The notes below the pieces were generated by a model. It was given only the letters and a program-made list of their open reading frames with translations. It made no database searches and was not told the origin of the DNA. Made by a program: the position numbers and the translations under genes. 64,000 bases of DNA, from the NCBI GenBank assembly GCA_963704725.1, contig OY969934.1, forward strand, positions 2,752,001-2,816,000. The letters run 5' to 3'. This document shows positions 62,449-64,000 of this stretch, piece by piece (position 1 is the stretch's first letter; the number at the start of each line of letters is the position of its first letter). The stretch comes from an uncultured Actinomycetes bacterium. GTDB lineage: Bacteria > Actinomycetota > UBA4738 > HRBIN12.

Positions 62449-62535
62449 GGCGGGTCGCTTGCCCCGACGGCGTCCCCTGCCCTAGGCTGACCGCCGGTCG
62501 GCGGGGAGCGCGACGAGCGTCGAGGGGGTGCTCAG

Positions 62536-64000
62536 GTGGGCAGGCTCACGTCCGGCGAGATCGAGGGAACCGAACCACTCCCCTCCCGGTCGAGCGCCCG
62601 TGAGATGCCCGCCCGTCGCGGACCCGGCCGCCGGGCTCGTGCGTTCGAGATCTCGGTGCTCGTCCGCGCGGCCGTCGGTCTGTCGATGATCGCGGCAATC
62701 GTTGTCGTGCCGGGCCGCGGCGTTGCGGAGGTGCCGGTCCTGTTCGGCTCCTCGGCCGGGCAGCGGGGAGACGAGTCGCCGCGCGATGCCGTCGAACGGC
62801 TGGAGGGGGAGATCGGCCGGCGGCTCGCCGTGGTGCGCGTCTTCAAACGCTGGGACGCCGGGTTCCCGACCGACTACGAACGGTGGCTCCGAAGCACGGG
62901 CCACATGCTCTTCCTCTCGGTGGCGGCCCAGCGCCTCGATGGAAGCAACGTCCCATGGCGCGCGATCGCGAACGCGCAACCCGGTTCGGACCTCTACGAC
63001 CGCATCGTGAGCTGGGCCAATCGTGTGCATGCGTACGGCGCCTCCCTCTACTTCTCATTCGACCCCGAGCCCGAGACGGGCAACCTCGGGACGATGGGCG
63101 GGCCGGCCGACTTCGTGGCCGCTTGGCGGAACGTCGTCTCGATCTTCCGCGACCGAGGAGTCACGAACGCACGGCACGTGGTGACGTTCACCGCGTACAC
63201 GTACGGGCGCACCGACTCCGGTGGCATATCGGCCTGGTACCCGGGTGACGAGTTCGTCGACGCGCTGGGTACCGACGGATACAACTTCTTCGGCTGCAGC
63301 CCCGGGCTGAACGGTTCGTGGCGAGAGTTCGCGCAGATCTTCGAACCGGTCCGGCAGTTCGGCCTTGCGCACCCCTCCAAGCCGATCGTCGTCGGGGAAT
63401 GGGGCTCCGTGGAGGACCCCGGCTCCTCCGGCCGGAAGGCCGAGTGGATCGACGGCGCTCGCGCCACGCTGCAGTCGCCCGGCTGGGAGCAGTTCGATGC
63501 GGCGCTGTACTGGCACTCGCAGACCCCAGGCTGTTCGATCTGGGCCGACACCAGCCAGTCCTCGATCGCCGCGTTCGCGGCGATGGGAACCGATCCCTTC
63601 TTCTACGGAGGAGCACCGCCCACGATCGCCTCGATCGATCCGCCTGCCGGGAGGGTGGGCACGGTCGTCACGATCCACGGTTCGGATCTCGGGAACGTCC
63701 AGGCCGTGACCTTCGACGGGGTGGCGTCGGCGTTCTCCGCGGGAACACCCTCCACGCTCACCGCGACGGTGCCGGCGGGCGCCACGACCGGTCCGATCGA
63801 GGTGGTGACGCAGGCCGGCCGGGCCTCCGGCCCCATCTTCGCGATCGTGCACGGGCGGCACGTGTCGATGACTCTGCGGGAGTCCCCGCCCGCCGCGTCG
63901 GGCGCGATCCGGGTCGAGGACGGGTTCACCGCCTGCATCCAGGAGCGTTCCGTGAAGGTTCAGCGCCGCGTTCCCGGCTCACGGTGGAAGACCGTGGTCA
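62536..64000 (+). CDS. Secreted GH26-like hydrolase + IPT/TIG domain (3'-truncated by window, absent from ORF track; start may be 62605)
   Basis: Frame 1 open to window end: FDPEPE, WYPGDEFVDALGTDGYN, VGEWG, MGTDPFF, PTIASIDP..VTIHG..VPAGATTGPI. Confidence 0.82.
   Translation, partial: MGRLTSGEIEGTEPLPSRSSAREMPARRGPGRRARAFEISVLVRAAVGLSMIAAIVVVPGRGVAEVPVLFGSSAGQRGDESPRDAVERLEGEIGRRLAVVRVFKRWDAGFPTDYERWLRSTGHMLFLSVAAQRLDGSNVPWRAIANAQPGSDLYDRIVSWANRVHAYGASLYFSFDPEPETGNLGTMGGPADFVAAWRNVVSIFRDRGVTNARHVVTFTAYTYGRTDSGGISAWYPGDEFVDALGTDGYNFFGCSPGLNGSWREFAQIFEPVRQFGLAHPSKPIVVGEWGSVEDPGSSGRKAEWIDGARATLQSPGWEQFDAALYWHSQTPGCSIWADTSQSSIAAFAAMGTDPFFYGGAPPTIASIDPPAGRVGTVVTIHGSDLGNVQAVTFDGVASAFSAGTPSTLTATVPAGATTGPIEVVTQAGRASGPIFAIVHGRHVSMTLRESPPAASGAIRVEDGFTACIQERSVKVQRRVPGSRWKTVV

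Overview
High-GC chromosomal window, most likely from an actinobacterium (Actinomycetota). This is inferred from the pcrA-sucCD-membrane protein-purNH-folD gene order, a class E sortase, DUF4012, a His-tailed GroEL and many apparently leaderless genes. The left two-thirds (1-42.3 kb) is mostly housekeeping: sdhCDAB, mdh, two tandem isocitrate dehydrogenases, citrate synthase, metF, folD, purNH, sucCD, pcrA, guaA, cysC and groESL with a perfect CIRCE. Small accessory inserts include a VapBC-type toxin-antitoxin pair, an oxidoreductase/flavin-halogenase trio and a MerR/GyrI pair. The right third (42.3-64 kb) is a cell-surface island: an RTX-repeat protein, secreted modular enzymes sharing a ~180-aa C-terminal domain (two copies look identical over 552 bp), GH26-like hydrolases, an IS481 element and a Wzx/Wzy polysaccharide operon with two sulfotransferases and a kinase. 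The strongest candidate for an undescribed system is a sulfated/phosphorylated surface glycan. It may be attached by the DUF4012 protein to a tiny sortase-anchored (TAFTG) carrier peptide and serviced by enzymes carrying the shared C-terminal module. That model is inference. All family calls come from motif recognition; no database searches were run.
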